IMG/VR virus record: IMGVR_UViG_3300045283_000190
Span: 1-53,113 of that record
DNA from: a virus
Lineage: Duplodnaviria; Caudoviricetes
Reading direction: 5' to 3' (one strand)
Length of the DNA: 53,113 nucleotides
Shown here: positions 16,514 to 25,044 of the stretch, in pieces
How positions within the stretch are numbered: the first letter of the stretch is position 1
Layout of the letters: each line of letters begins with the position of its first letter
Program-made: the position numbers and the translations under genes
Notes under the pieces: generated by a model
Databases searched by the model: none
What the model was told of the DNA's origin: nothing
What the model saw: only the letters and a program-made list of their open reading frames with translations

Positions 16514-16741
16514 ATGCCTATCGATTCGGCACAGCAAGAGCAGCTCGACAACTGGTTTTCGTACCACCCGCCCGTCGGCGACCAGGCCGCGCGCTACGGC
16601 GCCATCCGCGCAGCGGGCAAGGTCTTCGCCGAGAAGCTGACCGAGGTCTGCCCGGCGTCTGCAGACCGCACGGTCGCCATCCGGCACGTGAGAGACGCGG
16701 TCTATTCGGCAAACGCCAGCATCGCCTGTGGTGGCACATGA
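16514..16741 (+). CDS. Acb2/Tad1-like helical-hairpin protein (candidate immune-signal sponge)
   Basis: NWFSYH.P...Q..RY..IR.......A......CP.S..R..AI......V..ANASIA; GAGGA RBS. Confidence 0.7.
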   Translation: MPIDSAQQEQLDNWFSYHPPVGDQAARYGAIRAAGKVFAEKLTEVCPASADRTVAIRHVRDAVYSANASIACGGT

Positions 16742-16980
16742 CCTGCTGCCCGCACCTCGAGACGGTCGCGTTAGGCACGCCGACCGACTGCCCGCTGCAG
16801 CGCCTCGCGGACGCCACGATCATGGCCACGCACCTGCACCGGCCCGGGCTCGCGGTGGTGGTGATCCTGGTCGACCTCGCGGACGGTCACACCGCGATGG
16901 GCGCGAGCGGCCTGCCTGCGCCGATCGTCGCGCGGGTGCTCGCGGATGAGGCCGCAGCCATTCGGCAGGGCGGGTCGTGA
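16738..16980 (+). CDS. Hypothetical protein
   Basis: ATGA-coupled ORF. Confidence 0.45.
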   Translation: MTCCPHLETVALGTPTDCPLQRLADATIMATHLHRPGLAVVVILVDLADGHTAMGASGLPAPIVARVLADEAAAIRQGGS

Positions 16981-17234
16981 CGATATCGCCTCGCAGCAGC
17001 CGCAGCAATGGGCACAGCCTTGCCATGTACGTGGTCTATGACCATCCCGCGGACCATCCCAACCACTACGCGCTGCGTCGTCAGGACGTGCACGGGGGGA
17101 AGGTGTCGACCGCCAAGGAGGTGGTGCTGTTCAGCTCACTCGAGGGAGCGCGCAGCTGGTGCCGGAAGCTTGGGCTGACGCCGATCGGGCGCATGCCGCA
17201 GGACGACCCAGCCATCGCGGAGGTCTGGACGTGA
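16977..17234 (+). CDS. Conserved phage hypothetical protein
   Basis: VYDHP.D.P...Y..RR...SLE.AR...GL....R.P.DDP.I.EVW motif. Confidence 0.65.
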   Translation: MTISPRSSRSNGHSLAMYVVYDHPADHPNHYALRRQDVHGGKVSTAKEVVLFSSLEGARSWCRKLGLTPIGRMPQDDPAIAEVWT

Positions 17235-17548
17235 GACGCAAGGACCTTACGCGTGTGGACATCGACTTGCTCCGCGAGGCGCTCTTGCTGCTGCGCGCGT
17301 GCTGGCCCAACGCGTCGTCAGGGGACTTCTCGATCGGGATGGACCTCGACACGGTGCAGGTCTACATCGAGTTCCCCCACGGTCGCGGAGGAGACGCGCC
17401 TTACTATGGCGATGCCACCTACGAATGCACGGGCATCAGCACGAACGACGCGCTGCGCAAGCTCATCGATGAGCAGCTACGTCCGCAGCTCGCGAGGATT
17501 CGCGCGGGCAAGCGGCCGGAGCTCGAGTGGCCAGAAGTAGACGATTAG
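17231..17548 (+). CDS. Hypothetical protein
   Basis: GTGA coupling and GGAGG RBS. Confidence 0.5.
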   Translation: MRRKDLTRVDIDLLREALLLLRACWPNASSGDFSIGMDLDTVQVYIEFPHGRGGDAPYYGDATYECTGISTNDALRKLIDEQLRPQLARIRAGKRPELEWPEVDD

Positions 17549-17569
17549 TCAGATCGAAAGGGGAACGTC

Positions 17570-18082
17570 ATGACAACCGAAACGCCAGAGACCAAGCCAG
17601 CAGAGCCAGCGACATCGCCACCTGAAGCAACGCAGATCCCTGCGGAGCCACCGCCAACGGCAACGACGCTGCCTGCGGAGCCACCCCCCGAGCCAACGCA
17701 GCTCCCCGCGGAGCCGCCATCGCGCGCAGTGATCGAGGCCATCGCGCGCCTCGCCCACCGCATCAACAACGTTTATCGATTCTCCCGTGGAGAACACATC
17801 GAGCGCTGGGACGACGCGAGCGCAGCCACCAAGCGCAGCGTGATCGCCGGCGTCGAAGCGCGACTGTCGGGCAGAGTCCGCAGCCCCGAGGACGCCCACA
17901 AGGGGTGGCTCGAGTTCAAGCGGGCCGAGGGCTGGCGACATGGGCCGGTGAAGGATGAGAAGCTCAGGACTCACCCCTGCTTCAAGCACTATCACGAGCT
18001 TGCGCCTGAGCAGCGCGTGAAGAACGCGCTGTTCATCGCAGCGGTCGACGGCGCAGCAGGAGTCTTGCGCGCACGAGGGTAG
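17570..18082 (+). CDS. RyR-domain protein with Pro-rich repeat N-terminus
   Basis: IAR.AH..N...W..A....K.S...GV...PE..H..W...K...GW..GPVKD....THPC...Y.EL..EQ..K..LF. Confidence 0.85.
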   Translation: MTTETPETKPAEPATSPPEATQIPAEPPPTATTLPAEPPPEPTQLPAEPPSRAVIEAIARLAHRINNVYRFSRGEHIERWDDASAATKRSVIAGVEARLSGRVRSPEDAHKGWLEFKRAEGWRHGPVKDEKLRTHPCFKHYHELAPEQRVKNALFIAAVDGAAGVLRARG

Positions 18083-18116
18083 ACACAGCAACACGGCAGG
18101 GGGTCACGTGGAGCGG

Positions 18117-18818
18117 ATGGCCATCGATCAGACTGAGCTTGACGACCTGATCGCGCGCGAGATCGCAGAGGCACAAAGCGCCATGTGGGGGGACCACGAT
18201 CTAGGAGACCGCATCGACGCGAACGGCTACGAGACAGACAACCCGCAAGGCACACTCGCGGACAGGCGCACGCGCGCCGTCGTCGCGTACCACTGCCAGC
18301 TTCCCGAGGGGACGTGGTGTCCCACGCGCCTGCGCCGGCAGGACCAGGTGATGCTCATCGGCGCCGTGCAGTGCGTGGTCGCTATGCCGGCACGCGGCAG
18401 AGAGTATTTCTTGGGCTACGCACCCGCGCACTACGGTCCGCGGCTGGTACGGTTCAAGTGGGACCTGGTGACCGCTCGCATGCCGAGCGACCCGGGAGAC
18501 CCGGGCATGCCCATCGCGGGCAATACGGCAGCGTCGTACGCTCCCCTCTCGGACGTGCCTGACGACGAGTTTTTCGCGGCGCTCGACGAGCCGACGAACG
18601 CCGCCAAGCAGTTCACGCGCCTCGCACGCAGGACGCTGCGGGCGCTCGTAGCGCTGTGGTGGCTCGCCAGGTCCACGCGCTGGCTCAGCACGCTCGCCAT
18701 GGTGCTGGGGGCAGGACTGATCATGCTGCTCACCGGAAACGTCGTGGCGGCGCTGGTGACGGTGCTGCTGACCGCCGTCCTGTACGCGTTCTGGTCGCGG
18801 CTGGTAGGAGACACATGA
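18117..18818 (+). CDS. Hypothetical protein with C-terminal TM helices
   Basis: GGAG RBS; hydrophobic C-terminus. Confidence 0.55.
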   Translation: MAIDQTELDDLIAREIAEAQSAMWGDHDLGDRIDANGYETDNPQGTLADRRTRAVVAYHCQLPEGTWCPTRLRRQDQVMLIGAVQCVVAMPARGREYFLGYAPAHYGPRLVRFKWDLVTARMPSDPGDPGMPIAGNTAASYAPLSDVPDDEFFAALDEPTNAAKQFTRLARRTLRALVALWWLARSTRWLSTLAMVLGAGLIMLLTGNVVAALVTVLLTAVLYAFWSRLVGDT

Positions 18819-18897
18819 CCGTGGAGATGGTCCTCGTGCCCCTGGCCATCCTCGCCACGGGCGGGACGTGGGTGCTGTGCTGGCGCCAGAGCCGGTC

Positions 18898-19146
18898 CTA
18901 GCGCGGCTCGAAGGCAGCCAGCGTCGCGCGCATCTCGCCGGCAAGGTGCATGCACGCCTGGGCCAGCTGGCGGTCCGCGTCGCTGACCCGGTCGCTCATC
19001 AGGAGCTCGTAGGCGCGGCCCAGCAGCGCGCACAGCTGCGCCGGCAGCCGCATCCCCATCGCCTCGGGCGTCGAGACGTGCTCGCGCTCGAGCCGGCTCA
19101 TCATGGCGGCGGCACAGGGGCAGGGGAAGGCTTGGGGGTCTGCCAT
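18898..19146 (-). CDS. Hypothetical protein
   Basis: Helical ORF on the opposite strand. Confidence 0.35.
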   Translation of the reverse strand: MADPQAFPCPCAAAMMSRLEREHVSTPEAMGMRLPAQLCALLGRAYELLMSDRVSDADRQLAQACMHLAGEMRATLAAFEPR

Positions 19147-19400
19147 CGAATCGACTCGCTGTCGGCGTAGCGCGCACTGCCAAGCGCGCCGCACTCCTGA
19201 CACCAGAGCAGCGAGGTGTCGAACTCCTCAAAGACCGAGCGACCGAGGTAGGCGACCGTCTGCGCTCGCCGGTGGTCGCACGCTGCCGCTCCGACCGCGA
19301 AGCCCGGTCTCTCGGGGAAGCCCGGCGGCGCGCGCTTCGGCGCGGACACCTGTTTCGCGGGGGCAAGGGCTGCGCGTGAGGGTCGTTTCGATCTCGGCAC
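19101..19400 (-). CDS. Hypothetical protein with CDH...WCQECG Zn-ribbon
   Basis: Cys motif pattern. Confidence 0.45.
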   Translation of the reverse strand: MPRSKRPSRAALAPAKQVSAPKRAPPGFPERPGFAVGAAACDHRRAQTVAYLGRSVFEEFDTSLLWCQECGALGSARYADSESIRWQTPKPSPAPVPPP

Positions 19401-19523
19401 ACCCGATCTTCCACGATTGATTGCTCGTTAGAACACATGGCAACGACGAGCATGTGTTGCCATTGACTTGCACTGAGTATCGCGGGACTTGTCAGGACTT
19501 CTCCTCGACCCACGTGCGCGTAC

Positions 19524-19880
19524 ATGCTGCGCTTTATGGGGAGATGGTCAGAAGCGCGGGAGGACGAGGCGGGTGAGGCGCTCTTTTCGTTCTATTGCGC
19601 TTCTCTGGCTTGTTACTCGCGCTTTCAATCGCTGATCTTGCTCGCCTACGTGACCTGCTGCGGGCGCCGGCACGAGGCCCACATGCTCTCGCGGAGGGGC
19701 AAGACCGTCTACCAGGTCGCCGACCGTCTCGGCATCTCGCCGCAGACCGCGACCCGCTGGCTCTCGGAGCCGCTGCCGACCGTGCCGAGCTGGGCGAGGC
19801 GTGCCCTGCGCGAGCTCGAGGAGTACGGCGAGGAGGACGTCACCGAGGCGCTGTACCTGCCGTGGTGCGCCGCATGCTAG
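19524..19880 (+). CDS. HTH DNA-binding protein (possible late regulator)
   Basis: RRGKTVYQVADRLGISPQTATRWL HTH; start uncertain. Confidence 0.6.
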   Translation: MLRFMGRWSEAREDEAGEALFSFYCASLACYSRFQSLILLAYVTCCGRRHEAHMLSRRGKTVYQVADRLGISPQTATRWLSEPLPTVPSWARRALRELEEYGEEDVTEALYLPWCAAC

Positions 19881-20347
19881 CGGACTACGCAATCGCCCCG
19901 GCGGTCAGCGCGGAGCGCAACTTCATCGCGGACAGCTGGCGGCGCAGCCTCCAGGACCAGCCCGCGTACGCCTCGATGCCGACGCGCGGCTACGTCGCGT
20001 TCGCCAACGCGGTGATCGGGCACTTCATCGGGCCGGGCGGACAGCTTGTGCTCGACCCGCGCGACCGGCTCTACATCGCACGCGACCGGGAGCGGCCGGC
20101 GTACTGCTACGGCTGGCTGCTCGGACGTGACCTCTCCCCCGGACACGCGCTCGTCTACCTGTACGTCAAGAGCGCGCATCGGCGGCAGGGCATCGCGCGC
20201 GACCTCCTCCTGAACGCCATCGAGGCGACCGAGGACGGTCCGCTTACCTACGCGTTTCGCACGCGCGCGGACGCTTGGTTCGACGCGCTCGGGATGCAGT
20301 TCGTGCCGGTCGAGACGCTCGAGTACGGCGAAAGGCAAGCCTCGTGA
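19874..20347 (+). CDS. GNAT acetyltransferase
   Basis: NFI.DSW..S; YLYVK..HRRQGIAR.LL acetyl-CoA motif A. Confidence 0.85.
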   Translation: MLADYAIAPAVSAERNFIADSWRRSLQDQPAYASMPTRGYVAFANAVIGHFIGPGGQLVLDPRDRLYIARDRERPAYCYGWLLGRDLSPGHALVYLYVKSAHRRQGIARDLLLNAIEATEDGPLTYAFRTRADAWFDALGMQFVPVETLEYGERQAS

Positions 20348-20634
20348 AAATCTCTCACGTCATGTTCTCGCGGGAGGTCCCGTCTCCGCGGGCCGTGAGC
20401 CGCTCGCGCTCCAACTGGGTGCTGTCCTTTGATGGGCCTGACTTCACCATCGAGCGCTCGGGCGACACGGTCGCGATCTGCTCGCGCGAGACCGGCCGGA
20501 CCATTCTGTACCCCTGGTGCACCGTCGCAGCGGCCGAGCCTGAGAGGCCGTCTTACGAGATCACAACGCAGCCTGCGCCCGCTCCTGCGCCGCTGCCTGC
20601 GCCCGCACCGACGAAGAACCGGCGGCAGCTGTGA
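20344..20634 (+). CDS. Hypothetical protein
   Basis: GTGA-coupled ORF. Confidence 0.5.
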   Translation: MKISHVMFSREVPSPRAVSRSRSNWVLSFDGPDFTIERSGDTVAICSRETGRTILYPWCTVAAAEPERPSYEITTQPAPAPAPLPAPAPTKNRRQL

Positions 20635-21020
20635 AGCGCCGGCAGGACAAGCTGGTCGGCATCGAGGGCGGGCGCCTGCTTCGGCGCGCTGCCATCGAGA
20701 TGGATGTGCTCGGCAAGCGCAACGCGCGTATCGCGGAGGTCGACGGGCGCGCGCACACGTACGCGCCGGGCAAGCACGAGGTCTGGTACATCGAGCGTCG
20801 CCACGCGAGTGGCATGTGGGAAGCCGAGGGCATCGAGGACATCGCGGACCAGGGCATGCTGCGCGTGCAGCGCTCGCTGAAAGAGAACCTCCTTCCGGCG
20901 CTGACCATGCAGCTCATCGGTAAGCTCGTGCGCGGCGGGGTGTTCAACGACTTCGCTTCGGCCAAGGCGCACGTGCTCGACGACTGCGAGTTTCTGCGCG
21001 CCGACAAGGTGACCGCCTGA
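20631..21020 (+). CDS. Hypothetical protein
   Basis: GTGA-coupled ORF. Confidence 0.55.
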   Translation: MKRRQDKLVGIEGGRLLRRAAIEMDVLGKRNARIAEVDGRAHTYAPGKHEVWYIERRHASGMWEAEGIEDIADQGMLRVQRSLKENLLPALTMQLIGKLVRGGVFNDFASAKAHVLDDCEFLRADKVTA

Positions 21021-21532
21021 TGGGAAGGCGCGCACAGGTTGACGAGGACGTGGTCGACCCGCTCGCGGGGCTGACGCTCAAGGAGCGCAAGTTCGTGGAG
21101 GCATATCTCGGCGAGGCGGCCGGTAATGCAACACGTGCAGCACGCCTCGCAGGCTACAGCGGAGACCCGGTAACGCTCGCGGCGGTCGGTTACGCAAGAC
21201 TCAGAAAAACTCAGATACGCGATGCAATCGCACAGCTCGTCGACCAGGACGAGCTTGTCCCGAGCCGCATCGAGCGTCTGCGTCTCCTTGCCGCAACGGC
21301 TCGCGGCGAGGCGACTGATCAGCGGCTCACTGCGGACGGAGACATCGTCGAGATTCGCGTGCCGAGGCGCGACCAGGTCGCTGCCATCAAGGTGCTCTGC
21401 GAGCTCGCGGGCGACTTCCGCGAACCTGACAAGGCAGACGACGGCCTGCCGCCGGACCTGTCGCTCGAGCAGCTGTTCGACCTCGCAGGCATTCCTCGCG
21501 GAGAGCCTGAGCAGCCCGCGGAGCCCCATTGA
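21020..21532 (+). CDS. terS: Terminase small subunit
   Basis: LT.KERKFVEAYL....NATRAARLAGYS...A.VG...L.K..I..AI. Confidence 0.88.
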   Translation: MGRRAQVDEDVVDPLAGLTLKERKFVEAYLGEAAGNATRAARLAGYSGDPVTLAAVGYARLRKTQIRDAIAQLVDQDELVPSRIERLRLLAATARGEATDQRLTADGDIVEIRVPRRDQVAAIKVLCELAGDFREPDKADDGLPPDLSLEQLFDLAGIPRGEPEQPAEPH

Positions 21533-21714
21533 CCCGCACACCACAGACGGAGCCACGCGCGATGTTCATCGACGTCTATGGATGGCTCGTGCTCGCGTTC
21601 TGCGTCCTGGTGTTCCTTCGTAACGTCTGCACGTGGCCTCCGTACATCGTCTACGACGGGCTGATGGTCGTGATCCTCCTGGTGATGCTGCAGCGCCTCT
21701 TGGGTGTGCTGTGA
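21529..21714 (+). CDS. Small two-TM protein
   Basis: Hydrophobic 61 aa. Confidence 0.4.
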   Translation: MTRTPQTEPRAMFIDVYGWLVLAFCVLVFLRNVCTWPPYIVYDGLMVVILLVMLQRLLGVL

Positions 21715-21956
21715 GCCCCGCGGAGTTTCAAGCGCTCGCGCTGTCGCTGCGCGAGGCCGGCGCGGTGAAGGTCCGTTGCGGCGAGCTCGAGGTCATCTGG
21801 CCCGGTCCCTACACACCGAGCACAGAAGCGCGCCAGGCGTTCTCGAAGGCGCGCGCAGGCAGCAACGGCAAGCACGACGGGCCGCAGCCTGCGAACGCAG
21901 AAGAGGCGCGGCTGATGGCGTACAGGCGCGAACTGAACGGTGAAGACGATGACTGA
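21711..21956 (+). CDS. Small pre-portal protein
   Basis: L..LRE.G..KVR.GELEV pattern typical of the gene upstream of podovirus-like portals. Confidence 0.5.
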   Translation: MSPAEFQALALSLREAGAVKVRCGELEVIWPGPYTPSTEARQAFSKARAGSNGKHDGPQPANAEEARLMAYRRELNGEDDD

Positions 21957-21977
21957 CGTTCACTCGCGGGGTGCCCC

Positions 21978-23852
21978 TTGAGCAGAATCACCTGGTACAG
22001 CGCTCCGAAGGGCGCCGTGCATGCAGCCGTGTCCGCGACTGTCTCCGCGATCAAGAGTCAGCAGAGCCTCGCGCGCCTCGACTCCATGCACTACCTCGAC
22101 CTGTACAGCCTCGGCAACGTCGCAGGCATCGGGCGCAGCCTGTCGGACCTCTCGAGCTACTACGTAGGGCGCGGCAGCGCGGCACGTGGCGCACGCTTCA
22201 ACATGGTTGCGGCCGTCGTCGACACCGCGCACAGCCTCATCGCAGCGACACCGCCGGTTCCGATCTACATCACCAGCGGGACCGACCTCTCGATCGTCCG
22301 CAAGGCAGACCGGCGTAGCAAGGTGCTGCAGTCGCAGATGAACGAGATCGCGTTGCCGCAGTCGCGCGAGGCGTTCCACACCGCCTGCAAACAAGGTCTC
22401 GGGTGCGTGTTCGGCTACCTCGACGAGGAGGGGATGCCGCGGATCGAGCAGGTCAATCCTCTCGAGCTGATGGTCGACCATTACGACGGCATCTACCGCA
22501 TGCCGCGCTCGATCCACCGCGAGAAGTACATGCACCGCGAGGTGCTCGCGGCGCTGTACCCGAGCAAGCGCACGCAGATCGAGCGCGCTGCGACGACCAC
22601 GCCGGACTACGTCAGCCGGTTCTTTCTCTCGGGTGTCAGCGACCAAGGGGACATGGTCACGGTCTGGGAGAGCTGGCACAAATCGCCCAAGCTAGGCGAG
22701 TCAGGCCGGCACACGATCACCTGCTCGGCGTGTGACCTGCTCGATGAGAAGTGGAGCGAGCCTGAGTTTCCGTTCGCGTTCGTGCGCTACCGCAACCGCG
22801 CGTTCGGCTTCTATGGAAGCGGTCTCATCGAGTCGACGCGCGAGGCACAGACGCGCGTCAACCGCTTGATCCGTCGCACCGCCAAGGGCCAAGACCTCGC
22901 GAGTAACCTGTTCATCTTCAACCCGATGGGAGAGAACCAGCTCGAGGGGCGCTGGCTGTCGAACGAGCTCGGGATGGTGTTCGACTACGACCCGGCCATC
23001 GGGACGCCGACGCTTGCGAAGTGGGACGGGACGCTCGACGACCTGCAGACGCAGATCGACCTCGAGTTCCAGCGCGTGCTCATGGTCGAGGGCCTGAGCG
23101 AGTCGCAGGTGTCCGGCGAGGGCGCCGGCAAGGGACTGACCAGCGGCGTCGCGGTGCGTGCGCAGGACGACGTGATGAGCCGGCGCTTGATCAATCCGGT
23201 CGAGCTCTATCAGACGTTCAACGTCGACATCGCAAAGCTCATCGAGCGGCTCAACGACCGCGCAGCAGCAGAGAATCAAGACTACGTCGCGAAAGGCTTC
23301 CAGAGCGTCGCCGGCGTCAACTTCCTGCGGACCTCGCGGTGGTCGGAGCTCGACATCCCGGACGGGCAGGCGTGCCTCAACCTCATGCCGATGGCGCTGC
23401 TTCCCACCACGCCGGCGGGCAAGTGGGCAGCGGTCAGCGAGTGGTTGCAGAACGGATTCTTGGACAAGACCGGGGCGATGAAGCTCTTGCAGTTCCCGGC
23501 GCTCGACGAGGCTGCGGCGCTCGAGACGTCGCAGATGGATCTGGCGCTCTGGCAGATGGAGAAGATCCTCGACGGCGAGAGCGTGCTCCCCGAGGAGCGC
23601 CAGGACCTGCAGCTGTGCCTGCAGCTCGGGACCAAGGTCTGGGCGCGCGTGCAGATGATGTCGCCCACCGACGAGGTGCAGCTCGCGCTCGACGACTACC
23701 TGTCGTTCGCGCAGCTGCTGATCGACAAGGCGATGCAGCCGCCGGCGCAGCCGATGCCGATGCCGGGCGCTGGGGCGCCTCCTGCGCCGCCCATGGGTGG
23801 CGTGTCACCGGCTCCTGCAGCGCTGCCGGGCGTGGCGCAGCAGGCGGCCTAG
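21978..23852 (+). CDS. Portal protein (P22/podovirus-like)
   Basis: 624 aa, located after terS and before scaffold/capsid; FYG.GLIE...Q..VN, SGVA.R...D, Pro/Met-rich tail. Confidence 0.8.
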   Translation: MSRITWYSAPKGAVHAAVSATVSAIKSQQSLARLDSMHYLDLYSLGNVAGIGRSLSDLSSYYVGRGSAARGARFNMVAAVVDTAHSLIAATPPVPIYITSGTDLSIVRKADRRSKVLQSQMNEIALPQSREAFHTACKQGLGCVFGYLDEEGMPRIEQVNPLELMVDHYDGIYRMPRSIHREKYMHREVLAALYPSKRTQIERAATTTPDYVSRFFLSGVSDQGDMVTVWESWHKSPKLGESGRHTITCSACDLLDEKWSEPEFPFAFVRYRNRAFGFYGSGLIESTREAQTRVNRLIRRTAKGQDLASNLFIFNPMGENQLEGRWLSNELGMVFDYDPAIGTPTLAKWDGTLDDLQTQIDLEFQRVLMVEGLSESQVSGEGAGKGLTSGVAVRAQDDVMSRRLINPVELYQTFNVDIAKLIERLNDRAAAENQDYVAKGFQSVAGVNFLRTSRWSELDIPDGQACLNLMPMALLPTTPAGKWAAVSEWLQNGFLDKTGAMKLLQFPALDEAAALETSQMDLALWQMEKILDGESVLPEERQDLQLCLQLGTKVWARVQMMSPTDEVQLALDDYLSFAQLLIDKAMQPPAQPMPMPGAGAPPAPPMGGVSPAPAALPGVAQQAA

Positions 23853-23857
23853 CGGAG

Positions 23858-23879
23858 TTGGTAGGCGGCGGTTTGATAG
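23858..23879 (+). promoter_or_regulatory. Late-gene upstream motif TTGGTAG-N8-TTGRTAG, copy 1
   Basis: Matches 42884-42905 and 44349-44370. Confidence 0.5.
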
Positions 23880-23904
23880 GTTCGAAAATCGAAGGGGGAA
23901 GAGT

Positions 23905-25035
23905 TTGGACGCGCTAGAGACGACGACGAGCACCGCGGCACCTGCAGAGGCGAGCGTGAGCGAAGCTGCCGATGGGCAGAGCGCAGACGCCTCCGCGTCC
24001 GGGGCTGGTGAGAGTGCGGAGTCACGGCGCGAACGAGTGATTCGGCTCCTTCGGGAGGGGCGCAGGGGACGCGCCCAATCGTCTGCAGCACCCCCCCCTA
24101 CCCCCGCTGCAGACGAACACCCCGAGGGCGCAGAAGAGACCGAGGGTGCCCCAGACTCACCGGATGCAAGCACGGGCGAGTCTGGGGCAGCTGAGGTGCG
24201 TCCTACGGACAAAGCCAGCCAGGAAGACCGCGAGCTCGAGCTGCGCCTGGCCCGCGTCTCGCGGGACCTGCGCGACGCACGCGCGGACGCGCTCGAGGCG
24301 CGTGAGAAGGTCCAGCGGTTCGACGCGCTGGCGGCGAAGCTTGCCAAGGCCAAGGGCGACCCGCTCCTTGCGGTCGACATGCTCCCCGAGCTCATCGGGA
24401 TGGACTACGGGCAGCTCGCGGACGCGATCATCGCGAACGAGGACAAGTTCCGCAACCGACACAAGTACGCGGAGCTCCCGCCGGACGTGCGTGAGGAGCT
24501 CGAGCTCGCGCGCAAGGAGCGCCTCTCGCGGACCGAGCGCGAGCAAGAGGAGCAGCAGAAGGCGGCGCAGACCGAGCGCTTCACGCGCTACAAGGACAGC
24601 GCCGCGACGTTCCTCGAGAACAACAGAACCGACTACCCGCTCACCCATGCGCTTGGCTGGGGAGCAGGTCAGATCGCACGCGAGGCGATCACGCGTAACT
24701 CGCGCGACGCGCGCGCGATTGCGAGCCAGCTAGAAACCAATCTGCGGAGCGAGCTGACCGAGGCGCTGAGTAAGCCCGAGGTGCTGCGCGCTCTCATCGC
24801 GGTCGACAAGACGCTGGTCAGTAAGATCCAGCAGGGACTGTCGCCCACCCAGCCTAACAAAAGCCAAACCGCGGCGAGCTTTCGGAGCGGGTCTCAGCAG
24901 GGGAGCATGGAAGGTCCGCGCTCTCTCTCCAATGGGGCCACGGCTTCCGACACAGCCGCCACGCAGTCGCACAAGAGCGAGCGCCGGCGTCGGTTCGCGG
25001 AAGCCTTCAAAGCCACCTACGGCGGTGGCCGATGA
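23905..25035 (+). CDS. Capsid scaffolding protein
   Basis: Acidic, disordered and coiled-coil, between portal and capsid; TTG start after a purine-rich RBS. Confidence 0.7.
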   Translation: MDALETTTSTAAPAEASVSEAADGQSADASASGAGESAESRRERVIRLLREGRRGRAQSSAAPPPTPAADEHPEGAEETEGAPDSPDASTGESGAAEVRPTDKASQEDRELELRLARVSRDLRDARADALEAREKVQRFDALAAKLAKAKGDPLLAVDMLPELIGMDYGQLADAIIANEDKFRNRHKYAELPPDVREELELARKERLSRTEREQEEQQKAAQTERFTRYKDSAATFLENNRTDYPLTHALGWGAGQIAREAITRNSRDARAIASQLETNLRSELTEALSKPEVLRALIAVDKTLVSKIQQGLSPTQPNKSQTAASFRSGSQQGSMEGPRSLSNGATASDTAATQSHKSERRRRFAEAFKATYGGGR

Positions 25036-25044
25036 AGGCGATCA

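Noticed and set aside
23858-23879. Sigma54 promoter
   Set aside because: Lacks the GG-N10-GC spacing.
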